From Candidatus Omnitrophota bacterium (GTDB taxonomy: Bacteria > Omnitrophota > Gorgyraeia > Gygaellales > Profunditerraquicolaceae), in contig JAQURC010000005.1 in NCBI GenBank assembly GCA_028715785.1, positions 2,095-66,094 on the forward strand: 64,000 bases of DNA, read 5' to 3'. The notes below the pieces were generated by a model. That model saw only the letters and a list, made by a program, of their open reading frames with translations. It searched no databases and was not told the origin of the DNA. The position numbers were made by a program, and so were the translations under genes. This document shows, one piece after another, positions 21,816 through 31,952 of this stretch. Position 1 is the stretch's first letter. Each line of letters opens with the position of its first letter.

Positions 21816-21837
21816 ATTCATTAAACTAAAAAGAACA

Positions 21838-22635
21838 TTACTGCTGAAGCTTGGCTGCCTCGACCAGGTTGCGCATTAAAATAGCTGTGGTCAGCGGCCC
21901 CACCCCTCCCGGCACCGGAGTAATGTAGGAGGCTCTTTTTTCTGCCGCTTCGAATTCCACATCCCCGACAATCTTATCAGCTACACGGTTAATCCCCACA
22001 TCGATGACAATTGCCCCTTCTTTAATCCATTGCCCCTTGATTAACCCGGCTTGGCCGACAGCCACAATCAGCACCTCTGCCCTGCGCACATGCTCCTCTA
22101 ATCTTCCGGCCTTACTGGTAGCGATATGACAAACGGTAACCGTGGCGAATTTTTCTAATAATAACAGCGTAAGCGGCTTGCCCACAATCTGGCTATGGCC
22201 GACAATGACCACTTCTTTGCCGTACAAATCTATTCCCGTAGAGCCCAAAAGCTCCATTACCGCCGTAGGCGTACAGGGATGCATACTTTCAATATCTTTT
22301 TTTGGCGCAATAGATTCACTTATCTTTTTATAATCCAGGTGTTGAGGCAGGGGCATTTGCAAAATAATGCCGTTAACCGGCTTGTCGGCATTAAGCTTAA
22401 GGATAAAATCGATCAGTCCACCCTCGGGAATATTCTCAGGCAGCTGATGCAGCTTATAAGCAATGCCCAGCTCCAAAGCGATTTTTTCTTGAGCCCTTAC
22501 ATAAGCAGCCGCGCCGGGATTAGCCCCCACTAACACACTGGCTAAAACCGGAGCCCGGCCCAAGCTTTGCACGCTGAGTTTTATCTGGGCTTTAATTTTT
22601 TCAGCAACAGGCCTACCCTCTAATAATTTTGCCAA
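21838..22635 (-). CDS. folD: bifunctional methylene-THF dehydrogenase / methenyl-THF cyclohydrolase
   Basis: 'MAKLLEGRPVAEKI' N-terminus, 'VGHSQIVGKP' and 'PVPGGVGP' motifs. Confidence 0.9.
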   Translation of the reverse strand: MAKLLEGRPVAEKIKAQIKLSVQSLGRAPVLASVLVGANPGAAAYVRAQEKIALELGIAYKLHQLPENIPEGGLIDFILKLNADKPVNGIILQMPLPQHLDYKKISESIAPKKDIESMHPCTPTAVMELLGSTGIDLYGKEVVIVGHSQIVGKPLTLLLLEKFATVTVCHIATSKAGRLEEHVRRAEVLIVAVGQAGLIKGQWIKEGAIVIDVGINRVADKIVGDVEFEAAEKRASYITPVPGGVGPLTTAILMRNLVEAAKLQQ

Positions 22636-23176
22636 CTTTTTCCTCCACCTGGGCCCTGATCTGTTTAATTAATTTTGCTTTCAACCGTAATTCCTTATTG
22701 ATTGCCTTAGTCAATTTATGATCGTTAAGCATCTTCAAATTTATATCAACATTAAAACAAGCGGCGCTAAATGCCGACTCTAAAAATATTGCCGCCACGG
22801 CCAGGTCGCTGATTAAATTCAGGTTTGTTTTTTTAATTAAAGGCAGCAGCATTTTTGCTCCTTCAGCGCAAAGCCTGGCCAGCATTAGCGGCACATCCGC
22901 TGCCTTGCGGGGATCTTTACTTTTGTACGCCGCGACATCTAAATCCACTAAATCTAAAAAATCATTTTTTAATTTATTGGATTTTCTTAAAAGCACTTTA
23001 AGCTCGACTTCATATTTGGAATATTCAGGCTTGCCTAAGGTAAAATTAACCACCATGCTCACCAGGCTGGCAGCCATCGCCGCGTTCATTGCCGCCGCCG
23101 ACCCGCCTCCCGGGGCAGCAAGCCTTGCGGATAAATCATCCAAATATTTAGTTAAGCTTTCAGTTTTATATTCCAT
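22613..23176 (-). CDS. fchA: methenyl-THF cyclohydrolase / formimino-THF cyclodeaminase domain protein (FchA-like)
   Basis: 'LAAPGGGSAAAMNAAMAASL' signature of the FTCD C-terminal cyclodeaminase domain; paired with folD as in acetogens. Confidence 0.7.
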   Translation of the reverse strand: MEYKTESLTKYLDDLSARLAAPGGGSAAAMNAAMAASLVSMVVNFTLGKPEYSKYEVELKVLLRKSNKLKNDFLDLVDLDVAAYKSKDPRKAADVPLMLARLCAEGAKMLLPLIKKTNLNLISDLAVAAIFLESAFSAACFNVDINLKMLNDHKLTKAINKELRLKAKLIKQIRAQVEEKVGKIIRG

Positions 23177-23180
23177 AATT

Positions 23181-23561
23181 CTAAAGCGTAAATGCGGCGC
23201 TTAACTCAAAAGCATCTTTGATTAATGATATCTGCGGCCGCTTATCCTTATACAAAAGCGCAAGCACGTCAAAACGCGCAGGCTTCTCCAAGAGCCTATT
23301 GGTCTTCAAATAATAAATAGCGGCTTTAGAGATCTGTCTTTGCTTTCTGGTAAAAACCGCTTCTTCAGGATATCCTAAGTTAAGGGAATGCCTGGCCTTA
23401 ACCTCCACAAAACAAATCACATCTTTATCTTGCGCGATTATGTCGATTTCCCCGAATTTGGTCCGATAGTTGCGCTCCCGGATTTTATAACCTTTGGCTT
23501 TTAAAAAATCTGCCGCGGCTCTTTCGGCTTCCTTGCCAAATTCTAATTTGTTTTGAGGCAC
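23181..23561 (-). CDS. yraN: YraN family (UPF0102) endonuclease-like protein
   Basis: 'GYKIRERNYRTKFGEIDIIAQ...CFVEVKAR' motif. Confidence 0.7.
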   Translation of the reverse strand: MPQNKLEFGKEAERAAADFLKAKGYKIRERNYRTKFGEIDIIAQDKDVICFVEVKARHSLNLGYPEEAVFTRKQRQISKAAIYYLKTNRLLEKPARFDVLALLYKDKRPQISLIKDAFELSAAFTL

Positions 23562-24157
23562 TTTAAGAAGCTTTTTCTGTGAATAGCCGCAGGCCCGATC
23601 TGCTTTAGGATATCCCGATGCATTTGCGTCGGATAGCCCTTATGCTTAATAAAACCGTATTGCGGATAAATTTCATGGTAAGCGTCCATAATCTGGTCCC
23701 GCCGGACTTTTGCCAATATGGAGGCGGCGGCAATGCTTAGGGATTTTGCGTCCCCCCGGACAATGCTCCGATAAGGAAGGCCCAGCTTAAAACGCATATT
23801 GCCGTCAATAAGCACAAATACGCGTTTTAATTTTACCGGCTCAAACTGCTTAACTAATTTAGAGATTGCTTTTTGCATCGCCAGGATTGTCGCCTGCAGG
23901 ATATTAATCCGGTCAATCTGCTTATGGCCGACCGTCGCTATTGCGTATAAGGATTTGTCTCTTATTTCAAAAAACGCCTCTTTCCTTCTTGCGGGAGTTA
24001 ATTTCTTAGAGTCATCAATACGGTTGTCGAAACGAAATTCCTTTAACCACACTGCCGCTGCCACCACCGGCCCGGCTAGCGGGCCGCGCCCGGCCTCATC
24101 CACGCCGATAATTAAATCAAAACCTCTGCCTTTTAATTTCTTTTCGTAGCGCAGCAC
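23543..24157 (-). CDS. rnhB: ribonuclease HII
   Basis: 'GVDEAGRGPLAGPVVAAAV' active-site region. Confidence 0.9.
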   Translation of the reverse strand: MLRYEKKLKGRGFDLIIGVDEAGRGPLAGPVVAAAVWLKEFRFDNRIDDSKKLTPARRKEAFFEIRDKSLYAIATVGHKQIDRINILQATILAMQKAISKLVKQFEPVKLKRVFVLIDGNMRFKLGLPYRSIVRGDAKSLSIAAASILAKVRRDQIMDAYHEIYPQYGFIKHKGYPTQMHRDILKQIGPAAIHRKSFLKCLKTN

Positions 24158-24513
24158 TAACTTGTTGCTTCTTCCTTACTTTCTATTTTAGTAGCGTGCT
24201 TGCCAACCTTTCCCCTTAGGTAGTAAAGCTTAGCTTTTTTGACCTTACCGGAACGGATCAACTCGATACGCTCGATAACCGGGGAATAAAGCGGAAATAC
24301 CCGTTCGATCCCCTCGCCGAAGGAAACTTTTCTCACCGTGAAATTAAGCTTGGCTCCGGAGCCGCTTTTGGCGATCACCACCCCCTCAAAGGGATGCAGG
24401 CGGAATTTATCCGGGCCTTCCGGGATCCTGGTCAGCACCTTTACCGTATCTCCGACATTAATGGCAGGCATTTCCTTTTTAGCAAATCCCGCCTCAATTG
24501 ATTTAATGTTCAT
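24157..24513 (-). CDS. rplS: 50S ribosomal protein L19
   Basis: 118 aa with 'VGDTVKV' and 'RLHPFEGVVIAK' L19 motifs. Confidence 0.9.
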   Translation of the reverse strand: MNIKSIEAGFAKKEMPAINVGDTVKVLTRIPEGPDKFRLHPFEGVVIAKSGSGAKLNFTVRKVSFGEGIERVFPLYSPVIERIELIRSGKVKKAKLYYLRGKVGKHATKIESKEEATS

Positions 24514-24540
24514 TCTTGTTGCTCCTTTCTATTGCTTTTA

Positions 24541-26384
<1,844 letters not shown>

Positions 26385-26399
26385 CTAAAGAACAAAATG

Positions 26400-27392
26400 T
26401 CAAATAATCAACATCGCGTCGCCGTAACTATAGAACCTGTATTTATTATCCACTGCCTCCTGATACGCTTTTAACATCAGCTCTCTTCCCCCAAACGCGC
26501 AAACCAGCATCAGCAGAGTGGTTTTGGGAAGATGGAAATTGGTTAAAAGGCAATCGACCAGTTTAAATTTATAACCCGGATAAATAAATAATTCGGTGTT
26601 GCCTTCTCTGCGGCCGGCAGCGTAAGTTTCCAGCGCCCGGAGAGCGGTAGTGCCGACGGCAATAATCCTTGCCTTTACCTCTTTTGCCTGATTAAGCAAG
26701 GCAATAGCCGCATCGGGGACTAAAAAATATTCCGGCTCCATTTTATGCTCGGTTATATCTTCGCACTTAACCGGACGAAATGTCCCCAAACCCACATGCA
26801 AAGTCAGGTAAGCAAAATTAACCGAGCCTGCCCGCAGATCGCCAAGTAACTCCTGGCTAAAATGCAGGCCGGCGGTCGGCGATGCCAGCGCCCCGGCATT
26901 TTTTGCGTAAACCGTCTGATAATAGACCGTATCTAAATTCTCGGGTTCACGTTTGATGTAGGGCGGCAAAGGGACAATGCCAAAATCATAGATTATATCC
27001 GCGTCGGATTGCTTAAAACGGATCTGCCCGCGGCCGCTGATAACCCCCTTAATCTTACCGTCAGCAAAAAGGATATTTTCATTAACTTTTGTGCGGCTGG
27101 GCTGGATAAGGCAGGAAAAGGTTGTTCCGTTAATCCTGCGAGTCAGTAAAATTTCAACCCTGCCTCCGGTTATTTTTTTGCCAATCAAACGGCAATGCAA
27201 AACCCTGGTATCATTAAGCACCAATAAATCGTTTTTTTTAAGGAATTGCCGGATATCTTTAAATACGCTATGGATAATTTGGCCGCTCTTGCGATTGATA
27301 ACCAGGAGCCTGGCCTCCTCCCTGTTTTCCAAAGGATACTGGGCAATTAAATCTTTAGGCAGTAAATAATCGAATTCGGAAAGTTTTGGCAT
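26400..27392 (-). CDS. queA: S-adenosylmethionine:tRNA ribosyltransferase-isomerase
   Basis: 'FDYLLPKDLIAQYP' N-terminus and 'VGTTALRALE' motif. Confidence 0.9.
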   Translation of the reverse strand: MPKLSEFDYLLPKDLIAQYPLENREEARLLVINRKSGQIIHSVFKDIRQFLKKNDLLVLNDTRVLHCRLIGKKITGGRVEILLTRRINGTTFSCLIQPSRTKVNENILFADGKIKGVISGRGQIRFKQSDADIIYDFGIVPLPPYIKREPENLDTVYYQTVYAKNAGALASPTAGLHFSQELLGDLRAGSVNFAYLTLHVGLGTFRPVKCEDITEHKMEPEYFLVPDAAIALLNQAKEVKARIIAVGTTALRALETYAAGRREGNTELFIYPGYKFKLVDCLLTNFHLPKTTLLMLVCAFGGRELMLKAYQEAVDNKYRFYSYGDAMLII

Positions 27393-27402
27393 AATTAATT
27401 AG

Positions 27403-27462
27403 ACGGCGAATAAAGGGGACGGTTCTGTTTTTCCGAGTCCAATTCTAGAAAAACAGAACCGT
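27403..27462 (-). terminator. intrinsic terminator-like hairpin with a ~19-bp perfect stem
   Basis: 'aggggacggttctgttttt' ... 'aaaaacagaaccgtcccct' flank a 16-nt loop, directly 3' of the GHL10-like gene on the minus strand and followed by 'ttatt'. Confidence 0.55.
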
Positions 27463-27471
27463 CCCCTTGAT

Positions 27472-28665
27472 TTAATTCAGATAACCAATCACTTGGTCGG
27501 TTAAATCGTCAATGGAGAAAATGACCACTCCGTCGGGAGCCAGCTCGGTAATCATCCGGTATTGGTTAAAGAACAGGTCCGGATTATTTTTCATCAAGAA
27601 TAACCCCAAGCCTATGTAAATCTTTCCCTTACCGCGATGGCCAAGGCCGGATTTGACGATCTCCTTAGCGAACTGGTTATCCTTAGTATAAGCCATTAAT
27701 ATGACATAATCGATAATCCCCTCTTCCAGCCAGGCGGACCAGTCCTGGAAGGCATTGGTATATGCGCGCTCAGCCAGCGGAATAACCGCGCAGGAAACAG
27801 CCAGGTTTGCGGATTTAACCTTAACTAAACTTGAAATCTTACGCAATAATTCCGTAACCTGCGCCCTCCTCCAATTATCCCAGGCCAGATATTCATCTTC
27901 GTTATTCAGCGTCTCAAGGCTGTTTAAGCCGGTTTTCTCTTTAAAGCGCTCCACATTTTTTGCCCCGTAACCGTAAGCTAAACCCAATTTACTGAATCTT
28001 GATCCCGGATAAAACGGCACCGGCGAAGGATAGCGCAGGTAATCCAGATGTATCCCGCTGATTAACGGATAGCGGTTAATGATCTCATTAATGACCGTTA
28101 AGATATACTCCCCCGCTCTTGGGTCTCCGGGCTCAAGAAAGATCATATTCTCTCTTGAATAATATTTGTCTAACTCCATATTCGAGGCGCTCTTGGAAGG
28201 CCGCTGATACTGATCGCGGGTCAGAATGGAATTACCGTATTTATTTAAAATGCCCGCCTTGTCGTTAACACCCAAACTTAAAACATTTATCCAGGCAAAA
28301 ACATTAATGTTATTCTCTTGCGCTTCCCTGAGCAAAAGGTCCAAAGTATCCAGGCCTGCCGCCTTAACCATCTGCTCATATTTTGTTTTATCGCAAATCT
28401 TAGAATCATAATAGGCGTTACCGGATTGAAAAAACTGCAGATAAATTTCATTTATCTTGGCTTTCTTGCATTGGGCAATCAGCTTAGCCACCCCATCCTT
28501 GGAATAGAGGATTTTTTTTGCGGAAAACACCGATATCCAAATACCCCGGCCGGAAGCCTTAATTTGAGCTTGCGCGCTTTCAGCTAAAACAAGACCGGAA
28601 TTAAATAAATAGCCCAGCAATAATAAAAACAGTATTTTAGTAATCTTCTTATTTTTCATTTTCAT
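27472..28665 (-). CDS. secreted glycoside-hydrolase-like protein (GHL10/DUF187-like, TIM-barrel)
   Basis: Signal peptide, then 'RGIWISVFS' start of a GHL10-type domain. Assignment from memory only. Confidence 0.45.
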   Translation of the reverse strand: MKMKNKKITKILFLLLLGYLFNSGLVLAESAQAQIKASGRGIWISVFSAKKILYSKDGVAKLIAQCKKAKINEIYLQFFQSGNAYYDSKICDKTKYEQMVKAAGLDTLDLLLREAQENNINVFAWINVLSLGVNDKAGILNKYGNSILTRDQYQRPSKSASNMELDKYYSRENMIFLEPGDPRAGEYILTVINEIINRYPLISGIHLDYLRYPSPVPFYPGSRFSKLGLAYGYGAKNVERFKEKTGLNSLETLNNEDEYLAWDNWRRAQVTELLRKISSLVKVKSANLAVSCAVIPLAERAYTNAFQDWSAWLEEGIIDYVILMAYTKDNQFAKEIVKSGLGHRGKGKIYIGLGLFLMKNNPDLFFNQYRMITELAPDGVVIFSIDDLTDQVIGYLN

Positions 28666-29182
28666 TTTTTATTGAATACCTGCACCCGCAGTATTTCTGC
28701 AGGTAAAGCCCCTTGTTTTTGGCTTCTTTATACGCCTGCCTGAAGCCGACACGAAAATCTTCATAATAAAAATCCACACCGGTTTCTTTGGCGATTTCCT
28801 CACCCAGCTGTTTAAGCCGCCGGTGGTCCTGATACGGGCTGACTAATAAGGTTGTGCTAAAGAACGGTATCGCCTTTTCCCTGGCATGATCGGCTGTTTT
28901 CTTCAGGCGCAGCGACCAGCAAATTACGCAGCGCTCCGGGGTATTTTCTTTGTTGTTGATTGCCCGGGAAAAATCGGATTCTTGATGCCCGGGGCTTTCA
29001 ACCTCAAGCTCTAAATCCTTGCTTAAAACCTCCAGGGCCTCTTTACGCCGTCCATATTCCTGGAAAGGATAGAGATTAGGATTATAATAAAATCCTTTTA
29101 TATTAAACCCCCGGCCTTTTAACCTGCCAAAAGGATAGATCAGGCACGGGCCGCAACAGATATGCAGCAAAATCTCCATCAC
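28649..29182 (-). CDS. queH: epoxyqueuosine reductase QueH (DUF208)
   Basis: 'LLHICCGPCLIYP' Cys motif and C-terminal 'YCGCRYS'; sits near tgt/queA. Confidence 0.8.
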   Translation of the reverse strand: MMEILLHICCGPCLIYPFGRLKGRGFNIKGFYYNPNLYPFQEYGRRKEALEVLSKDLELEVESPGHQESDFSRAINNKENTPERCVICWSLRLKKTADHAREKAIPFFSTTLLVSPYQDHRRLKQLGEEIAKETGVDFYYEDFRVGFRQAYKEAKNKGLYLQKYCGCRYSIKNENEK

Positions 29183-30234
29183 TAGAAAATTTCTTCCTGC
29201 TGCTCTTTATTAAATTTCAAACCAAAGTGCTCAAAGGCCTTCCTGGTCGCCAGCCTTCCGCGGGAAGTGCGTTTTAAATAACCGGCCTTTAAAAGATAAG
29301 GCTCCACCGTATCGGCGATAGTATCGACCTCTTCATTGAGGCTGGCAGCCAGAGATTCAATCCCCACCGGCCCGCCGCCGAATGATTCAAGGATTAATTT
29401 TAAAACCTTGCGGTCCAGGTCATCAAAACCCGCCTGGTCAATTCCCAGCTCATCAAGGATCTTGGAAGCTGCCGCCTGGTCTACTTTTTCGATTTTTAAA
29501 ACCTGGGCGTAATCCCGCACCCGGCGCAGGAGACGGTTAGCAATGCGCGGAGTTCCCCTGGCGCGCTTGGCAATCTCCGTGCAGGCGTCTTGATCAATTT
29601 GCACCGCCAATAATTGGCTGGAATTTTTTATGATTTTAGCCAAATCTTCTATTCTATAAAAATCAAGGCTGTAAAATATGCCGAACCTCCCCCTAAGCGG
29701 AGCGGCTAAGAGGCCGGTGCGCGTAGTCGCCCCGATTAAAGTGAACGGCTTGAGGTTAAATTTAATCGTCTTGGCATACGGCCCTTTATCGATTACAAAG
29801 TCGATCTGAAAACTTTCCATTGCCGGGTATAAAAACTCCTCGACAACCTTGGACATCCGGTGGATCTCGTCAATGAAAAGGATGTCTCCTTTTTCCAGGT
29901 TAGTCAAAATCCCGATTAAATCCCCCGCCCGCTCAATCGCCGGGCCGCTGGTTGCGGTAATTTTGGCGCCCATTTCATGCGAGATAATATGGGATAAAGA
30001 GGTTTTGCCCAGCCCCGGCGGGCCGCTTAAAAGCACATGCTCAAGGGGCTCTTTTCTCTGTTTGGCCGCCTGGATAGCAATTTTTAAATTATCCACGATA
30101 TCTTTATGGCCGATGAATTCGTTAAATTTCTTCGGCCTTAAGGATATATTCAGGACAATATCCTCTTCGGATTCTTTGGCCTCGGCAATAACCGCCTGGC
30201 CCCTAAGCAATGCGCGTCTGGTCTCTTCGCTCAT
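29182..30234 (-). CDS. ruvB: Holliday junction branch migration ATPase RuvB
   Basis: 'LLSGPPGLGKTSL' Walker A; likely start 'MSEETRR'. The track ORF extends to 30303. Confidence 0.9.
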   Translation of the reverse strand: MSEETRRALLRGQAVIAEAKESEEDIVLNISLRPKKFNEFIGHKDIVDNLKIAIQAAKQRKEPLEHVLLSGPPGLGKTSLSHIISHEMGAKITATSGPAIERAGDLIGILTNLEKGDILFIDEIHRMSKVVEEFLYPAMESFQIDFVIDKGPYAKTIKFNLKPFTLIGATTRTGLLAAPLRGRFGIFYSLDFYRIEDLAKIIKNSSQLLAVQIDQDACTEIAKRARGTPRIANRLLRRVRDYAQVLKIEKVDQAAASKILDELGIDQAGFDDLDRKVLKLILESFGGGPVGIESLAASLNEEVDTIADTVEPYLLKAGYLKRTSRGRLATRKAFEHFGLKFNKEQQEEIF

Positions 30235-30970
30235 AAGGTATGATGTTTTCTTTATTCCTTGATATAATAATGTCCTCAAATTCCACGTCCTGGCGGGCGA
30301 CAATCTCTTTCATCTTTGCCAACTCCAGGATCGCCAGGAAGATCACGATTACCTCCATCTTGCTTTTTGTTTCCCGGAATAATTCCGAAAGCTTGATCTC
30401 AGGCTTAACCAGCAATAAGTGCAGGATGCCGTGCACCTTCTGTTCGACTGTGAATTGGTCCTTGACCACCTCATAAAAAACTTCCCGGGGCACATCTTTT
30501 AAAGCCTGGGAAAAGGCATTGATCAGATCAAATATGCTTGCCTCAAAATACTTGCCCTCTTCCTTATCCGGCGCTTGATCCCCCTGGGGATTTTCAGCTT
30601 TGGGGCGCTTAAAAACTTCCTGCTGGCTGGCTTCTCTCTCCCTTAAGTTTTCCGCAACCTGCTTGAACTTTTCATATTCAAGCAGCCTCTTGACCAGTTC
30701 AGCGCGGGGGTCCTCCTCTTCCTCCAAAACCGCCGACTCTTCGGCCGGCAGCAGCATTTTGGATTTTATCTGCATCAGTGTTGAGGCCATCACCAAAAAT
30801 TCGCCGATAATATTTAAATCCAGAAGCTGCATAAAGTTTATATATTCCAGGTATTGCGCGGTTACCTTGGCAATGGGGATATCATAAATATTCAGGTGGT
30901 CTTTTTTTACCAGATACAAAAGCAGGTCCAGCGGCCCCTCAAAAATATCTAATCGTATTTTGTAGTCCAT
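30203..30970 (-). CDS. scpA: segregation and condensation protein A
   Basis: 'LDIFEGPLDLLLYLVKKDHLNIYDIPIAKV' ScpA N-terminus. Confidence 0.8.
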   Translation of the reverse strand: MDYKIRLDIFEGPLDLLLYLVKKDHLNIYDIPIAKVTAQYLEYINFMQLLDLNIIGEFLVMASTLMQIKSKMLLPAEESAVLEEEEDPRAELVKRLLEYEKFKQVAENLREREASQQEVFKRPKAENPQGDQAPDKEEGKYFEASIFDLINAFSQALKDVPREVFYEVVKDQFTVEQKVHGILHLLLVKPEIKLSELFRETKSKMEVIVIFLAILELAKMKEIVARQDVEFEDIIISRNKENIIPYERRDQTRIA

Positions 30971-30971
30971 C

Positions 30972-31952
30972 TTATATTTTAATCAGCTCTCTTACCTGGG
31001 AAATTGTCTTCTTGGCCGCATCCGACGCCTTGGCGCATCCGCAGGATAATATTTCCTGGATATGCTTTTTATCTTTCTGCAGGGAATGCCTTTTTTCCTG
31101 GATCGGGGCCAATAAACCGATTATCCGCTCCGCCAGCTCCTTTTTACATGCGGTGCAGCCGATTTCAGATTTACCGCAACGCTCCTCCGCTTCTTTTTTC
31201 ATCTCCGGGAAAAACACGCCATAGTAAGAAAAAACATTGCATTTATGCGGATGCCCGGGATCGCTTAAGCGGATACGCTCTGGGTCGGTAAACATACTTT
31301 GGATTTTCTTACGGATAACTTCCGGCTCCTCGGACAAACCGATATAATTATTATAACTCTTGCTCATCTTGCGTCCGTCTAAACCCAAAAGGCGCGTAGT
31401 TTCGGTGAGCAAAGCCGCCGGTTCCGGAAAACAATCTGTTTTATAAAGATGGTTGAATTTACGCGCAATCTGGCGGCTCAGCTCCAAATGCGGCAGTTGG
31501 TCTTGGCCCACCGGAACCGTAGCGGACTTATAAAGCAGGATATCGGCAGACTGTAAAACCGGATAGCCCAGAAAAGCGTAGGTCTTTAAATCACGGTTGG
31601 CTATTTCCCGCAACTGCTCCTTATAAGTAGGGCAGCGCTCAAGCAGGCCTAAAGGCGTAATCAAAGAAAGAATAAAATAAAGCTCAAGGTGTTCGGGAAC
31701 ATGCGATTGGATAAAAATAGCGGATTTTTCAGGATCAATCCCGCAGGCAAGCCAGTCAATGACATTATCCAGCGTATTTGCTTTTAGATCATCCGGATTT
31801 TCATACTCCGACATCAGCGCGTGCCAATCGGCAACCATAAAAAAACAATCATATTCATCCTGCAGCTTGGTCCAATTGGCCAAGGCCCCGACCAAGTGGC
31901 CCAGGTGCAATTTACCCGTAGGGCGCATCCCGCTTAAAATTCTTTTTTTCAT
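30972..31952 (-). CDS. trpS: tryptophan--tRNA ligase
   Basis: 'SGMRPTGKLHLGHLVG' HIGH motif and 'KMSKS'. Confidence 0.9.
   Translation of the reverse strand: MKKRILSGMRPTGKLHLGHLVGALANWTKLQDEYDCFFMVADWHALMSEYENPDDLKANTLDNVIDWLACGIDPEKSAIFIQSHVPEHLELYFILSLITPLGLLERCPTYKEQLREIANRDLKTYAFLGYPVLQSADILLYKSATVPVGQDQLPHLELSRQIARKFNHLYKTDCFPEPAALLTETTRLLGLDGRKMSKSYNNYIGLSEEPEVIRKKIQSMFTDPERIRLSDPGHPHKCNVFSYYGVFFPEMKKEAEERCGKSEIGCTACKKELAERIIGLLAPIQEKRHSLQKDKKHIQEILSCGCAKASDAAKKTISQVRELIKI

Noticed and set aside
21352-21821. Small ORFs in the folD-metF spacer (21352-21567 minus, 21597-21821 minus, 21389-21604 plus)
   Set aside because: They overlap the perfect hairpins and inverted repeats and translate to Arg/Ser/Cys-rich junk. 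The apparent 59-aa N-terminal extension of metF comes from the same region.
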